From Octopus vulgaris (Eukaryota): 64,000 nucleotides of DNA. The number at the start of each line of letters is the position of its first letter. Position 1 is the stretch's first letter. The notes beneath the pieces are model-generated. The model did not search any database. It was not told the origin of the DNA and saw only the letters and a program-made list of their open reading frames with translations. The position numbers were made by a program, and so were the translations under genes. Of the stretch, positions 13,384 through 26,355 are shown piece by piece. Location of the stretch: assembly GCA_951406725.2 (NCBI GenBank), contig OX597817.1, positions 170,996,001 to 171,060,000 of the forward strand. Reading direction: 5' to 3'.

Positions 13384-14314
13384 CTGTCCTACTGTCTAGA
13401 TTTTGCACCATCAGACTACTACCTTTTCTGAGCCATGGCTCATCTCCTGTATGGACGGAGGTTCAACAATGTGGATGAGGTTGAAAATAGTTGCAGGGAG
13501 ATTTTTGCCTCTAAACCAGCCAAATGGTATAAGCTTGGAATTAAGCTTCTGGCACAATGATAGCAACAGACAATAGAATATGATGTGATATATTTTGGGG
13601 AATAAACGCTTTTCATATGCAAATTGTTTGAATTATTAATTAAAATTTGAGATACAAAAATAATTTTGACTCAATCTGTTATGTTTATAGATATACCAAC
13701 ACAAAGCAGTAAAAGATGCACACACATATATACATAACTCTGCGATATTTATCACCCATCACCACCTCAATTCCATTCTACTATCACTTACCAATACACT
13801 AGCTATCATCCACCTAATATTAACAACGCACGCACACATACACATTGACACTCACACACACACTCTCTCACACACACACTTTCACATTCACATACACATT
13901 CACACACACACATTCTTCATTCTTTGTCTATTTTTGTGGTACACAATAAAACATATCTTCTATTCATCATCAAAATATACATCTACCAACAATTCCTTGA
14001 TTGTTCAGTTGCCAAACCAGACCATTAATATTTTAAGATGTAATAATCCACCTTAATTCCTTGGACAGCAACACAAATGATTCTTCATCTCACACTTGTT
14101 CCACACCCACGTATCTCACTTTTACGCTTAACATCACCATTCTCGTAATTTTTTCACCATCATCTCTTAGAACCACCATTATCATTAAATTTTACTTACA
14201 TTAGAATAATCTGTAAGATTTGGCACTAAACAATGCCATTACCAAATTTAGATACTTTCTCTAAATTTCTATACTGTAAGACATAATTTAGCCAATGTTG
14301 TAACAGCCTCAGAT

Positions 14315-14362
<48 letters not shown>

Positions 14363-14420
14363 TTCATCACCATCACCATCATCACCACCATCATCATCAT
14401 TACCACCATCATCACAACCA

Positions 14421-14545
14421 CTCTGTTGAAGAGCATAGGCTCAAAATGTAAAAGAGACTTTCTCACTTCCCGAGCATTAAACTAAAACATCTGTTTGTTG
14501 TTTACACACCTGTCTTCATCTTTTGTTGTTTGTAAATTCTCACTG

Positions 14546-14548
<3 letters not shown>
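14421..14548 (+). mobile_element. PLE-terminus module with degenerate hammerhead
   Basis: CTGTTGA AGAGC-atag-GCTC AAAA TG TA AAAG matches the hammerhead at the 3' end of the PLE at 59321-59358; ends in (TA)n; related piece at ~6695-6815. Confidence 0.65.
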
Positions 14549-14588
<40 letters not shown>

Positions 14589-14601
14589 ATTATATAGAAG
14601 G

Positions 14602-14652
14602 AGCTTCTACAGGACTAGAACTGTTTCATTCAAGAGAAATCTTCAGGAAGCT
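14602..14652 (-). ncRNA. Type-I hammerhead ribozyme with complete stem III
   Basis: Minus strand AGCTTC CTGAAGA tTTC-tctt-GAAt GAAA CAG-ttctagtc-CTG TA GAAGCT: 6-bp stem I, GUA triplet; module ~14596-14790 lies between TA tracts. Confidence 0.72.
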
Positions 14653-14794
14653 AGTTAACAAGAATTGTATTGGCATTTATACATTTAGGCAGGTTTATAG
14701 GGGTGGTGGTGGGGGACTTTTTGGGGGTAGGCATAGCGCAAAAAAATCATACTTGGAGGAGTGGTCAAGGAGTCAGTGGTAAATTATATATACA

Positions 14795-14844
<50 letters not shown>

Positions 14845-15039
14845 TGTATACATGCTTTTCATTGATGAAATTCACTTACAAGGCATTGGGTTGGTTGGCC
14901 CAGGGCTATAGCAGAAAACACTTGCCCGAGGTACCACACAGTGGGACTGAACCCCAAACCATATGGCTGCAAAGTAGGTTTCCTAACCACACACACACAC
15001 ACATGTATCCACAGATCTACACAATCCACAGATCTATAG

Positions 15040-15618
15040 ACATGTACTCATCTAATCCATAGACATAAAAATGATTGAAAGAGTGAATCCCATGATCTTA
15101 CTTCATAAAGCTCTGATATAATACTATATATGTGTCATATGACACGTTATCATAAGTTTCTGATGCTGTATCATAAAGTTTTGACACAATATCATTAGCT
15201 TCTGATATAGTATCACACAATCCACAGATCTACAGACATTTGATGGATCCAATCTTAAAGTTAACTGGAACAACAGTTAATTATATCTCATACCTGATGT
15301 TATCTTTAATACACATAACATCAAGAAGTGACCACCCAGCTTGTGTAACATGCTGATAATAACATCTATGATCAAAGATTATAATTGTGCTGGGTAAAGA
15401 TTATAAAATGACATGGTCTCAAAGATAATAATCTACTGGACACTGATGATGTGTATTTCTTGGTCTTGAAGTAGACAATACAGAGATTCCTATGCAATGC
15501 AGTCTAGCAGACCAGAAAGTAAATTATTGGCAGATAATGAAATTATATCTTTAGCAAAGGTTATTTACAGTAATTGACAGCTCTGCCATTGAAGACAATA
15601 ATATCATCGTCATCGTCG

Positions 15619-15655
<37 letters not shown>

Positions 15656-16485
15656 TGTCATCATCATCATCATCCCCACCAGTAGCATTGAAAGTGGTGG
15701 CATTCGGCACTATAGAATATTTCATAGAAGTTAACTAAAGGTAAACAGACAAAGCAGACATAGAAGATGATGTCCAAAGTAATTTATTTGTATTCAGTAA
15801 GAGTAAAAGAAAATCTCTTCGGAGATATTGATAGACATTTATTTGGTAAAGCGAGACAATAAAATATTTATAGTTTCACTCTACTTTAAAGGGTACTGAA
15901 ATGTAAAACCTTTAACCTGCTCTGCTAATGATGTTGAGATTGCTTATCACTCTGTCTCTATAACAACACAGCATCAGAAACTATATCATGTCATAATCTA
16001 ATGATACTGTGTCAAAAGTTTATGATACTGCATTAGAAACTTATGATAATGTGTCATATGACATATAGTGTAGAGGCGCAATGGCCCAGTGGTTAGGGCA
16101 GCAGACTTGCAGTCGGAGGATCACGGTTTCGATTCCCAGACCGGGCGTTGTGTGTGTTTATTGAGCAAAAACACCTAAAGCTCCACGAGGCTCTGGCAGG
16201 GGATGGTGGCGTCCCCTATTGTACTCTTTCACCCAAACTTTCTCTCACTCTTTCTTCCTGTTTCTTGTGTAACACTGCAATGGACTGGTGTCCCATCCAG
16301 CTGGTGGTGGGGGGACACATACGCCACAGAAACCGAGAAACTGGGCCCATGAGCCTTTGTTAGGCTTGAAAAGGGCGCAAAGGAAAGAAAATGACATATA
16401 GTATTATATCATAGCTTTATGAAGTAAGATCGTAGGATTCACTTATTCAATCATTTTTATATCTATGGGTTAGATGAGTACATGT
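15040..16485. repeat. Fold-back element with ~160-bp imperfect inverted arms; right arm interrupted by a SINE
   Basis: 15040-15198 is the reverse complement of 15998-16069 + 16403-16485. Confidence 0.85.
16070..16390 (+). mobile_element. tRNA-derived SINE family B with 12-bp TSD
   Basis: A box TGGCCCAGTGG, B box GGTTTCGATTCC; TSD atgacatatagt at 16058-16069 and 16391-16402. Confidence 0.92.
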
Positions 16486-17561
16486 TGTTGAAACTTTGCT
16501 TTACTGCCAAATACCTTTCTGTCACTAGCCCTTATCTGTTTTTCAAGTAAGGAGTCCCTTATTCCACATGTCTTCAAAAGTGCAGAGTTAGCAGGTTTAA
16601 AGGGAATGGTAACAAATTTGACCACTTGAAGGGAAGTTTATCCCTTTTTTCAAATATGTTATAATAAAGATATGATACAGTTACCTAAATGAAGAAAATT
16701 ATATAAAAGAAAGCAAAGAAAGTAAATAGGCACAAGCATGGCTTTGTGATAAGAAGTTTACTTCCCAACCACATGGTTTCAGGTTCAGTTCCACTGTGTG
16801 GCACGTTGGAGGACGGTGGCTGAAGACATGGAATGTGCCGCATCTGCTGGGGACTCCCGTAAGATTTACAGCTGAAAGGCAAAGTTGACCTTGGCAGAAT
16901 TTGAACTCAGAACATAGAGATGGATGAAATGCCACTAAGCATGTTCAGCATGCTGATTCAGCCAGCTTGCTGCCTCGGTGATGGCTATAATATTATGGTA
17001 TTTTTCTTTTGCTACCTGTTTAAATATAGTTTTTAAATATAGTAATATTAAATATGATTTTATTTTAGATTACTGTTTAATTATCTTGTTGATGATATTC
17101 CATATTAATTTATTATCAAATAGGATCATAAGCTAATTATACCATTTATTTCTAGCTGCATGACATTTAAAGAATTACAATCTAAATAACAAGAATTTCG
17201 GAACCAAAGTAATGAGATTTGGGTTTACAAAGATTTCAAGGATAAGTAAATGAAGTTTTAATGATTCATTATATGAAAACAATAGAATTATAGTCAATTG
17301 AATTAATTTAATTAATTTAAGATATGACAGGTATACATTACGTTGACACACCTCCACCATCACCACCAAATAGATGCAAACCAAAATTAATATTGACAAG
17401 ATTTGAATTCAGAATCATCATCGACAACAATGAGGAGGAACAGGGGAGGAGGAAGGGGGTATGACAACGATGACAATGACGATGACACAGCCATGACAAG
17501 AATGATGCTCTACTAGGCATATCACAGGTATTTGTTTTTGTTTTGTTTTTTCATTCCTTAA

Positions 17562-17873
17562 CCCTTTCATTACCAACCGAAACTGCCTCTCACTCTGTAG
17601 TACAAATGTCTTGTTTTCTTAAATTTTGAATTAAAACCTTCTACCAAACCTTAGTCACAAACTATGTTCCTAACACTAGCTTAATGATAACTAAATTATT
17701 TTACTAAATTCTTTGTTATATAATTGAAAGAAATTTGTACTGGTCTTTCTTGCTTGTGAGGTGTCTGACTGAGGCTTCCCTTCATCTTATTTCTTGCACA
17801 CAGCACACATCTGTTATTCTCTTATATTGAAAGAAACACAGAGCATCTCAAAATAAATACAGTAATGAAAGGG
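17562..17873 (+). mobile_element. TTAA-flanked MITE (piggyBac-type ends)
   Basis: TTAA|CCCTTTCATTAC...GTAATGAAAGGG|TTAA; second copy in opposite orientation at 35912-36132. Confidence 0.88.
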
Positions 17874-18028
17874 TTAAAGGATGGACAGCAAAGTTAATCT
17901 CATTGAGATCTGAATGTAATCCATCGGTCTATCCAGCAAACCCTAATTACTATTGGCTATTACATTACAGTATTTTTTCTTTTACTACCTATTTTAAGAT
18001 TCTAATTTTTAACAATTAAAACATTAAC

Positions 18029-18498
18029 CCTTTATCATTTAAACAGGCCATAACCAACTAAAATATTATAATAATAATGAAATTATTGTATACAGTTCTC
18101 AGGTGCACCACAACTTGTCAAAAGTGCGTATAAAGCATATGCAGTAATGTACAAATGTCTGGGAAGTGAACAGTGTATGAGTCAGATACATGCTTGCGTG
18201 TGTATGGAGGGGAGAAAATCAGGTGCAGTGTTGGCGAATCTCAGGAAGCATGGAAGTTTTTAAGGATGCAGTGCTCCGACAAATAACGACTGATGCAGGC
18301 AGTTTGTTCCATGCTTCAGTAATTCTTATGTTCAAACTGACCTGGACCAGTCTCTCACACCTACACTGCAATGTCATTCTAAAAATAAACGCTCACATCA
18401 AAATCTCAAAGCTATGAGATAGAATGGTTAATTCAAAATTATGTGAATAAATAAGCATTACATTTGAGAGCAGAGTGATTTGAATGGTAGAGAGTTAA
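18029..18498 (+). mobile_element. Second TTAA-type MITE carrying an antisense CR1-group 3' fragment (~18068-18323)
   Basis: ttaaccctttatcattt...aatggtagagagttaa degenerate ends; insert translates on minus as ITEAWNKLPASVVICRSTASLKTS with (ATT)n tail. Confidence 0.6.
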
Positions 18499-18759
18499 AT
18501 AAGATTTTACTTTACATTGCTTCATTCATATTACACATCAATGTATAGTCATTCACATCACACCAATATATATATATTCTCTTTTATTTTTCAATCAGAA
18601 CAACACATTAGAAGACTTTGCCATTAGTGTATCATATTGTTGGAAACATAGTGCATTAAAGGAGAGTATTTTTAGAAGCAATCTTCCTATGTAAATTAGC
18701 ATGCTTACACATATATATACATAAATACACACATACATACATATGCATACATACATACA

Positions 18760-18795
<36 letters not shown>

Positions 18796-18799
18796 CATA

Positions 18800-19010
18800 T
18801 AGTTAATCCAAACATGAAAACACAAAGAGAAAACAGAATGCGAGGACGTGGAACAAGTATAGTATTATTTGACGCTAAGGAAAGAAAGAAGGAGGATTTA
18901 ACATTTCGAGCGGAGCTCTTTGTCAGAAACATAGGAAAAGGAAAGATCCAAGGAAGGGAAGATGTAGGAAAAAAATTGCCAACGGTACACACGCAGTCAC
19001 ATTTTGAATG
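18800..19010 (-). mobile_element. PLE-terminus module with CpG-decayed hammerhead (18896-18930)
   Basis: Minus strand GTTT CTGACAA AGAGC-tcc-GCTC GAAA TG TT AAAT; 3' end abuts a TA/TACA tract. Confidence 0.62.
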
Positions 19011-19019
19011 TCACATTTA

Positions 19020-19050
<31 letters not shown>

Positions 19051-19104
19051 CGTGACCGACCAGACCATCAGACATTTTGAATGTCACATTTATATATATA
19101 TTTA

Positions 19105-19403
19105 TTTTTTTTTCGTGACCGACCAGACCATCAGATGTTGCTACATATCGCTGGTCACAATGCGTTTGCATTGTTTTAGCCTTCGAACGACACCACCCCG
19201 CTGGCTAAGCGAGCGGGCCAACAGAATGAAGAGTGAGAGAAAGAGTGGTGAAAGAGTACAGCAGGGATGACCACCTCCTGCCGGAGCCTCAAGGAGCATT
19301 TAGGTGTTTTCGCTCAATAAACACACAACACCCGGTCTGGGAATCGAAACCGCGATCCTCCAACCGCGAGTCTGCTGCCCTAACCACTGGGCCATTGCGC
19401 CTC

Positions 19404-19405
<2 letters not shown>
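19105..19405 (-). mobile_element. SINE family B head/body with a different 3' tail
   Basis: ~19240-19405 matches 16070-16250; 19105-19215 is unrelated to the 16265-16390 tail. Confidence 0.85.
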
Positions 19406-19447
<42 letters not shown>

Positions 19448-19681
19448 ACTGGCCTCCCCCCAGTAAAATATATATATATATATGTAGATATGTGTATGTG
19501 TGTGTGTGTGTGTGTGTGTGTAGGTATGTTGAGGCAAATAGAAAAAAATTGAATTCAAAATATTAGTTTATGTATATTTTTATTAATAATTAGCAGAAGT
19601 AACAGAGTGACTCAATGCATGAAACTCCAGGACCTTGAGTCACTCTGTTATCTTATGCTAAATATTAATAAAAATAAACAT

Positions 19682-19740
<59 letters not shown>

Positions 19741-19939
19741 TATGTATACATATATATATACATATATATACATATATATGTGTGAAACAGCCCATAGATG
19801 AAATCTAAATTTTTTAATTCTTGTGTTATTTTTCAGAGGTTTTTAATGTTTCAACATCCCAAATTTTTAATTATACCAATATTTCTTTTAAAATGTAAAT
19901 TCACTGTGTTTTGTGTATAACACCGACTTATATCTATTT

Positions 19940-19972
<33 letters not shown>

Positions 19973-21021
19973 GTTTAACGTCTGCTTTCCATGCTAGCAT
20001 GGGTTGGACGATTTTGACATGAGGGCTGGCGAACCAGATGGCTGCACCAGGCTCCAATCTTGATTTGGCAGAGTTTCTACAGCTGGATGCCCTTCCTAAT
20101 GCCAACCACTCCAAGAGTGTAGTAGGTGGTTTTTACGTGTCACTGGCATGGGGGCCAGTCAGGCGGTACTGGCAATGACCTCACTCGAATCTCTTTACAC
20201 ATGCCACTAGCACAGGTGCCAGTAAGGCGGCATTGGTATCTTTATATCTGAAATTGATACATCCGTTTCAACAGAGGCAATGCAAGCAGAAACTATAGGA
20301 ACATAATTAAGATCCACACTTGAAAATCAAATACATACATATATTTATATATTCTTCCATATTTACAAAACGGATATATAAATTCCAAATATATAAATAT
20401 AAAAATACAAGATAAGAAAATGGAGAAATACATCTAAATCAAATATCAATTACCAGATAATACTCAATCACATACTTTATTAAACCAACCACATAAGAGA
20501 CTGTAGGGTTAAACATAAAAAAGCAGAACAAATCAGTGTACATAAAGGCATGTACATAAAAAAGTGTACATAAAAGAGTAATGTTGTATAATAAGTAGAA
20601 TATATATAAAAGAGAATATAAATATAAGTAAATATAAATATAAGTATATATATACATATATACGACAGGCTTCTTTCAGTTTCCGTCTACCAAATCCACT
20701 CACAAGGCATTGGTTGGCCTGGGGCTATAGCAGAAGACACTTGCCCAAGATGCCACGCAGTGGGACTGAACCCGGAACCATGTGGTTGGTTAGCAAGCTA
20801 CTTACCACACAACCACACGTGCATACATATACAATAATACATACATACAAGCATACAAAGCTATGTACATACCTACCTGTATGCATACATACATGCATAC
20901 ATGTATACATACATACTTACATAGCTTTGTTACAAACCTATTTTCCTACCTACATACATACATGCATACATTCAGACATTTACGCATACATATATACATG
21001 AACACACACACTTAAACATGA

Positions 21022-21068
<47 letters not shown>

Positions 21069-21587
21069 CACACACACACATATAAGTTCCATCTCATGGT
21101 TGTCCTTCATTTGTAATTCTCTAAACAGAACAGATTTGATTTTCTTCAAGTTGAACTGCTGAAGTGTAATCAAGCCGGACACTTCCATCTTCAATCCATC
21201 TTCCCCATCTCACTTAATGGAATGAAGATGACGACAAAGGCGTTCTAATTAAATCAATAAAAAAAATAATCAATGATCATTTTACTTTGTGTTTGTCGCT
21301 TTTGTTTTGTTTTAATTTTTTTAACTTCATTTAGAAAATTGAATTGTTTTCCCTGAGATATTGTCTCTCGTGTTTTTGCCAAAAATGAGATAACCCTTGA
21401 GGTCGGGTCAAAGGTGAAACAAGGGACACGAAACAAAATTGGGAAAAAAAAAAAAGAAAGAAGTAACAATGTGAAATCTGTCTCTGTTTCATATGTCGTC
21501 TTATTATCATGTTTTCAACACTTTTATATGAGTTGCACCTGCGGATGCACCCCTGCACACCTGAAGTGTTTGTGTGTGTTTGTGCAT

Positions 21588-21757
21588 AGGAATAGGAGTG
21601 GCTGTGTGGTAAGTAGCTTGTTTACCAACCACATGGTTCCGGGTTCAGTTCCACTGTGTGACACCTTGGGCAAGTGTCTTCTACTATTGCCTCGGGTCGA
21701 CCAAAGCTTTGTGAATGGATTTGGTAGACGGAAACTGAAAGAAGCCCGTCATATATA

Positions 21758-21809
<52 letters not shown>

Positions 21810-22000
21810 TGTGTCTGTGTTTGTTCCCCCAGCATTGCTTGACAACCGATGCTGGTGCGTTTACGTCCCCGTAACTTAGCAGTTCGGCAAAAGAGATCCA
21901 ATAGAATAAGTACTAGGCTTACAAAGATTTGCTCGACTAAAGGCGGTGCTCCAGCATGACCACAGTCAAATTACTGAAACAAGTAAAAGAGTAAAAGAGT
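21588..22000 (+). mobile_element. CORE-type SINE (family A); partial copies also at 20660-20815(-), 28182-28605(+), 28928-29050(-), 31470-31635(+), 32289-32470(+)
   Basis: Head, B box, CORE, microsatellite and (taaaagag)n tail. Confidence 0.9.
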
Positions 22001-22480
22001 ATGTATGTATATGTGTGTATATGTGTGTATATTTCTACCCATCTACTCAACTATCATGTGCTATACATACACATAGTAGTTGAGTAGATAGGTTGAAATA
22101 TCTGACAGTGAACAAAGCATCTCGATCTTCATCAGGTTATCACACATCCCCTTTCATGTGCAAGAAAAAGATATCAAGCATCAACTCTCCCACCACTGGA
22201 CACCCACTGGATCTATTAATGCTGGTACAATGAAAGGATGTCCAGTGAGTTTATTTAGATGCTTAAGAGGAGGCTAAAAGGTGATGGGCAAGAAACAAGA
22301 TGAAGTGCAGCACTGGCTTTTGTCAGAGTAGAATTACGTTTATGCATTATCTATAATCTATGTTTATGCGTGATCGTTGCCAGAGTGGCTAACTGACTTC
22401 CTGTGCCGGTGGCATGTAGGAGGCACCATTCGAGTGGGATCGTTACCAGCATCGCCTTACTGGCACCTGTGCCATTGACA

Positions 22481-25400
22481 TGTGTAAAAAATTCGAGCGA
22501 AGTCGTCGCCAGTACCGCCTGACTGGCCCATGTATAAAAATTCGAGTGAGGTCATCGCCAGTACCGCCTGACTGGCCCATGTATAAAAATTCAAGAGAGG
22601 TCGTCGCCAGTACCGCCTGACTGGCCCATGTATAAAAATTCGAGCGAGGTCGTCGCCAGTACCGCCTGACTGGCCCATGTATAAAAATTCGAGCAAGGTC
22701 GTTGCCAGTACCGCCTGACTGGCCCATGTATAAAAATTCGAGCGAGGTCGTCGCCAGTACCGCCTGACTGGCCCATGTATAAAAATTCGAGCGAGGTCGT
22801 CGCCAGTACCGCCTGACTGGCCCATGTATAAAAATTCGAGCGAGGTCGTCGCCAGTACCGCCTGACTGGCCCATGTATAAAAATTCGAGCGAGGTCGTCG
22901 CCAGTACCGTCTGACTGGCCCATGTATAAAAATTCGAGCGAGGTCGTCGCCAGTACCGCCTGACTGGCCCATGTATAAAAATTCGAGCAAGGTTGTTGCC
23001 AGTACCGCCTGACTGGCCCATGTATAAAAATTCGAGCGAGGTCATCGCCAGTACCGTCTGACTGGCCCATGTATAAAAATTCGAGTGAGGTCGTCGCCAG
23101 TTCCACCTGACTGGCCCATGTATAAAAATTCGACTGAGGTCATCGCCAGTACCGCCTGACTGGCCCATGTATAAAAATTCGAGCGAGGTTGTTGCCAGTA
23201 CCGCCTGACTGGCCCATGTATAAAAATTCGAGTGAGGTTCGTTGCCAGTACCGCCTGACTGGCCCATGTATAAAAATTCGAGCGAGGTCGTCGCCAGTAC
23301 CACCTGACTGGTCCATGTATAAAAATTCAAGAGAGGTTGTTGCCAGTACCGCCTGACTGGCCCATGTATAAAAATTCGAGCGAGGTCGTCGCCAGTACCG
23401 CCTGACTGACCCATGTATAAAAATTCGAGCAAGGTTGTTGCCAGTACCGTCTGACTGGCCCATGTATAAAAATTCGAGCGAGGTCGTCGCCAGTACCGTC
23501 TGACTGGCCCATGTATAAAAATTCGAGTGAGGTCGTCGCCAGTACCACCTGACTGGCCCATGTATAAAAATTCGACTGATGTCATCGCCAGTACCGCCTG
23601 ACTGGCCCATGAATAAAAATTTGAGCGAGGTCGTCGCCAGTACCGCCTGACTGGCCCATGTATAAAAATTTGAGCGAGGCCGTCGCCAGTACCGCCTGAC
23701 TGGCCCATGTATAAAAATTTGAGCGAGGTCGTCGCCAGTACCGCCTGACTGGCCCATGTATAAAAATTCGAGCGAGGTCGTCGCCAGTACCGCCTGACTG
23801 GCCCATGTATAAAAATTCGAGCGAGGTCGTCGCCAGTACCGCCTGACTGGCCCATGTATAAAAATTCAAGAGAGGTCGTCGCCAGTACCGCCTGACTGGC
23901 CCATGTATAAAAATTCGAGCGAGGTCGTCGCCAGTACCGCCTGACTGGCCCATGTATAAAAATTCGAGCAAGGTCGTCGCCAGTACCGCCTGACTGGCCC
24001 ATGTATAAAAATTCGAGCAAGGTCGTCGCCAGTACCGCCTGACTGGCCCATGTATAAAAATTCGAGCGAGGTCGTCGCCAGTACCGCCTTGACTGGCCCA
24101 TGTATAAAAATTCGAGCAAGGTCGTCGCCAGTACTGCCTGACTGGCCCATGTATAAAAATTTGAGCGAGGTCGTCGCCAGTACCGCCTGACTGGCCCATG
24201 TATAAAAATTTGAGCGAGGTCGTCGCCAGTACCGCCTGACTGGCCCATGTATAAAAATTCGAGCGAAGTCGTGTGCCAGTACCGCCTGCCTGGCCCATGT
24301 ATTAAAAATTTGAGCGAGGTCGTCGCCAGTACCGCCTGACTGGCCCATGTATAAAAATTCGAGCGAAGTCGTCGCCAGTACCACCTGACTGGCCCATGTA
24401 TAAAAATTCGAGCAAGGTCGTCGCCAGTACCGCCTGACTGGCCCATGTATAAAAATTCGAGCAAGGTCGTCGCCAGTACCACCTGACTGGCCCATGTATA
24501 AAAATTCGAGCAAGGTCGTCGCCAGTACCGCCTGACTGGCCCATGTATAAAAATTCGAGCGAGGTCGTCGCCAGTACCGCTTGACTGGCCCATGTATAAA
24601 AATTCGAGCGATGTCGTCGCCAGTACTGCCTGACTGGCCCATGTATAAAAATTTGAGCGAGGTCGTCGCCAGTACCGCCTGACTGGCCCATGTATAAAAA
24701 TTTGAGCGAGGTCGTCGCCAGTACCGCCTGACTGGCCCATGTATAAAAATTTGAGCGAGGTCGTCGCCAGTACCGCCTGACTGGCCCATGTATAAAAATT
24801 CGAGCGAGGTCGTCGCCAGTACCGCCTGACTGGCCCATGTATAAAAATTCGAGCGAGGTCGTCGCCAGTACCGCCTGACTGGCCCATGTATAAAAATTCA
24901 AGAGAGGTCGTCGCCAGTACCGCCTGACTGGCCCATGTATAAAAATTCGAGCGAGGTCGTCGCCAGTACCGCCTGACTGGCCCATGTATAAAAATTCGAG
25001 CAAGGTCGTCGCCAGTACCGCCTGACTGGCCCATGTATAAAAATTCGAGCAAGGTCGTCGCCAGTACCGCCTGACTGGCCCATGTATAAAAATTCGAGCG
25101 AGGTCGTCGCCAGTACCGCTTGACTGGCCCATGTATAAAAATTCGAGCGATGTCGTCGCCAGTACTGCCTGACTGGCCCATGTATAAAAATTTGAGCGAG
25201 GTCGTCGCCAGTACCGCCTGACTGGCCCATGTATAAAAATTTGAGCGAGGTCGTCGCCAGTACCGCCTGACTGGCCCATGTATAAAAATTCGAGCGAAGT
25301 CGTCGCCAGTACCGCCTGACTGGCCCATGTATAAAAATTTGAGCGAGGTCGTCGCCAGTACCGCCTGACTGGCCCATGTATAAAAATTCGAGCGAAGTCG

Positions 25401-26355
25401 TCGCCAGTACCACCTGACTGGCCCATGTATAAAAATTCAAGCGAGGTTGTTGCCAGTACCGCCTGACTGGCCCATGTATAAAAATTCGAGCGAGGTTGTT
25501 GCCAGTACCGCCTGACTGGCCCATGTATAAAAATTCGAGCGAGGTCGTCGCCAGTACCGCCTGACTGGCCCATGTATAAAAATTCAAGCGAGGTCGTCGC
25601 CAGTACCGCCTGACTGGCCCATGTATAAAAATTCAAGAGAGGTCGTCGCCAGTACCGCCTGACTGGCCCATGTATAAAAATTCGAGCAAGGTCGTCGCCA
25701 GTACCGCCTGACTGGCCCATGTATAAAAATTCGAGCAAGGTCGTCGCCAGTACCGCCTGACTGGCCCATGTATAAAAATTCAAGAGAGGTCGTCGCCAGT
25801 ACCGCCTGACTGGCCCATGTATAAAAATTCGAGCAAGGTCGTCGCCAGTACCGCCTGACTGGCCCATGTATAAGAATTCGAGCAAGGTCGTCGCCAGTAC
25901 CGCCTGACTGGCCCATGTATAAAAATTCAAGAGAGGTCGTCGCCAGTACCGCCTGACTGGCCCATGTATAAAAATTCGAGCGAGGTCGTCGCCAGTACCG
26001 CCTGACTGGCCCATGTATAAAAATTCAAGAGAGGTCGTCGCCAGTACCGCCTGACTGGCCCATGTATAAAAATTCGAGCGAGGTCGTCGCCAGTACCGCC
26101 TGACTGGCCCATGTATAAAAATTCGAGCGAGGTCGTCGCCAGTACCGCCTGACTGGCCCATGTATAAAAATTTGAGCGAGGTCGTCGCCAGTACCGCCTG
26201 ACTGGCCCATGTATAAAAATTCAAGCGAGGTCGTCGCCAGTACCACCTGACTGGCCCATGTATAAAAATTCGAGCGAGGTCGTCGCCAGTACTGCCTGAC
26301 TGGCCCATGTATAAAAATTCGAGCGAGGTTGTCGCCAGTACCGCCTGACTGGCCC
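22481..26355. repeat. 49-bp tandem satellite, ~79 copies, inside a family C element
   Basis: Unit tgtataaaaattcgagcgaggtcgtcgccagtaccgcctgactggccca; family C sequence continues on both sides (22368-22480, 26356-26551). Confidence 0.97.

Larger units (their letters stand above)
11905..13605 (+). pseudogene. Decayed mariner transposase with nested CR1 and SINE insertions
   Basis: MNNKKITIKTILLY..FKCFKEGNTSLENKPS*GKP..TLSAELGASQSTINQHL; WHRIIT; C-terminal LDFAPSDYYLF..F..KPAKWYKLGIKLL; many stops. Confidence 0.88.

Noticed and set aside
16070-16145. tRNA gene
   Set aside because: tRNA-like A/B boxes continue into a SINE body with a TSD; the same applies to all family A and D heads.
22481-26355. 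CRISPR-like array
   Set aside because: Units are contiguous with no unique spacers, there are no cas genes, and the context is eukaryotic.
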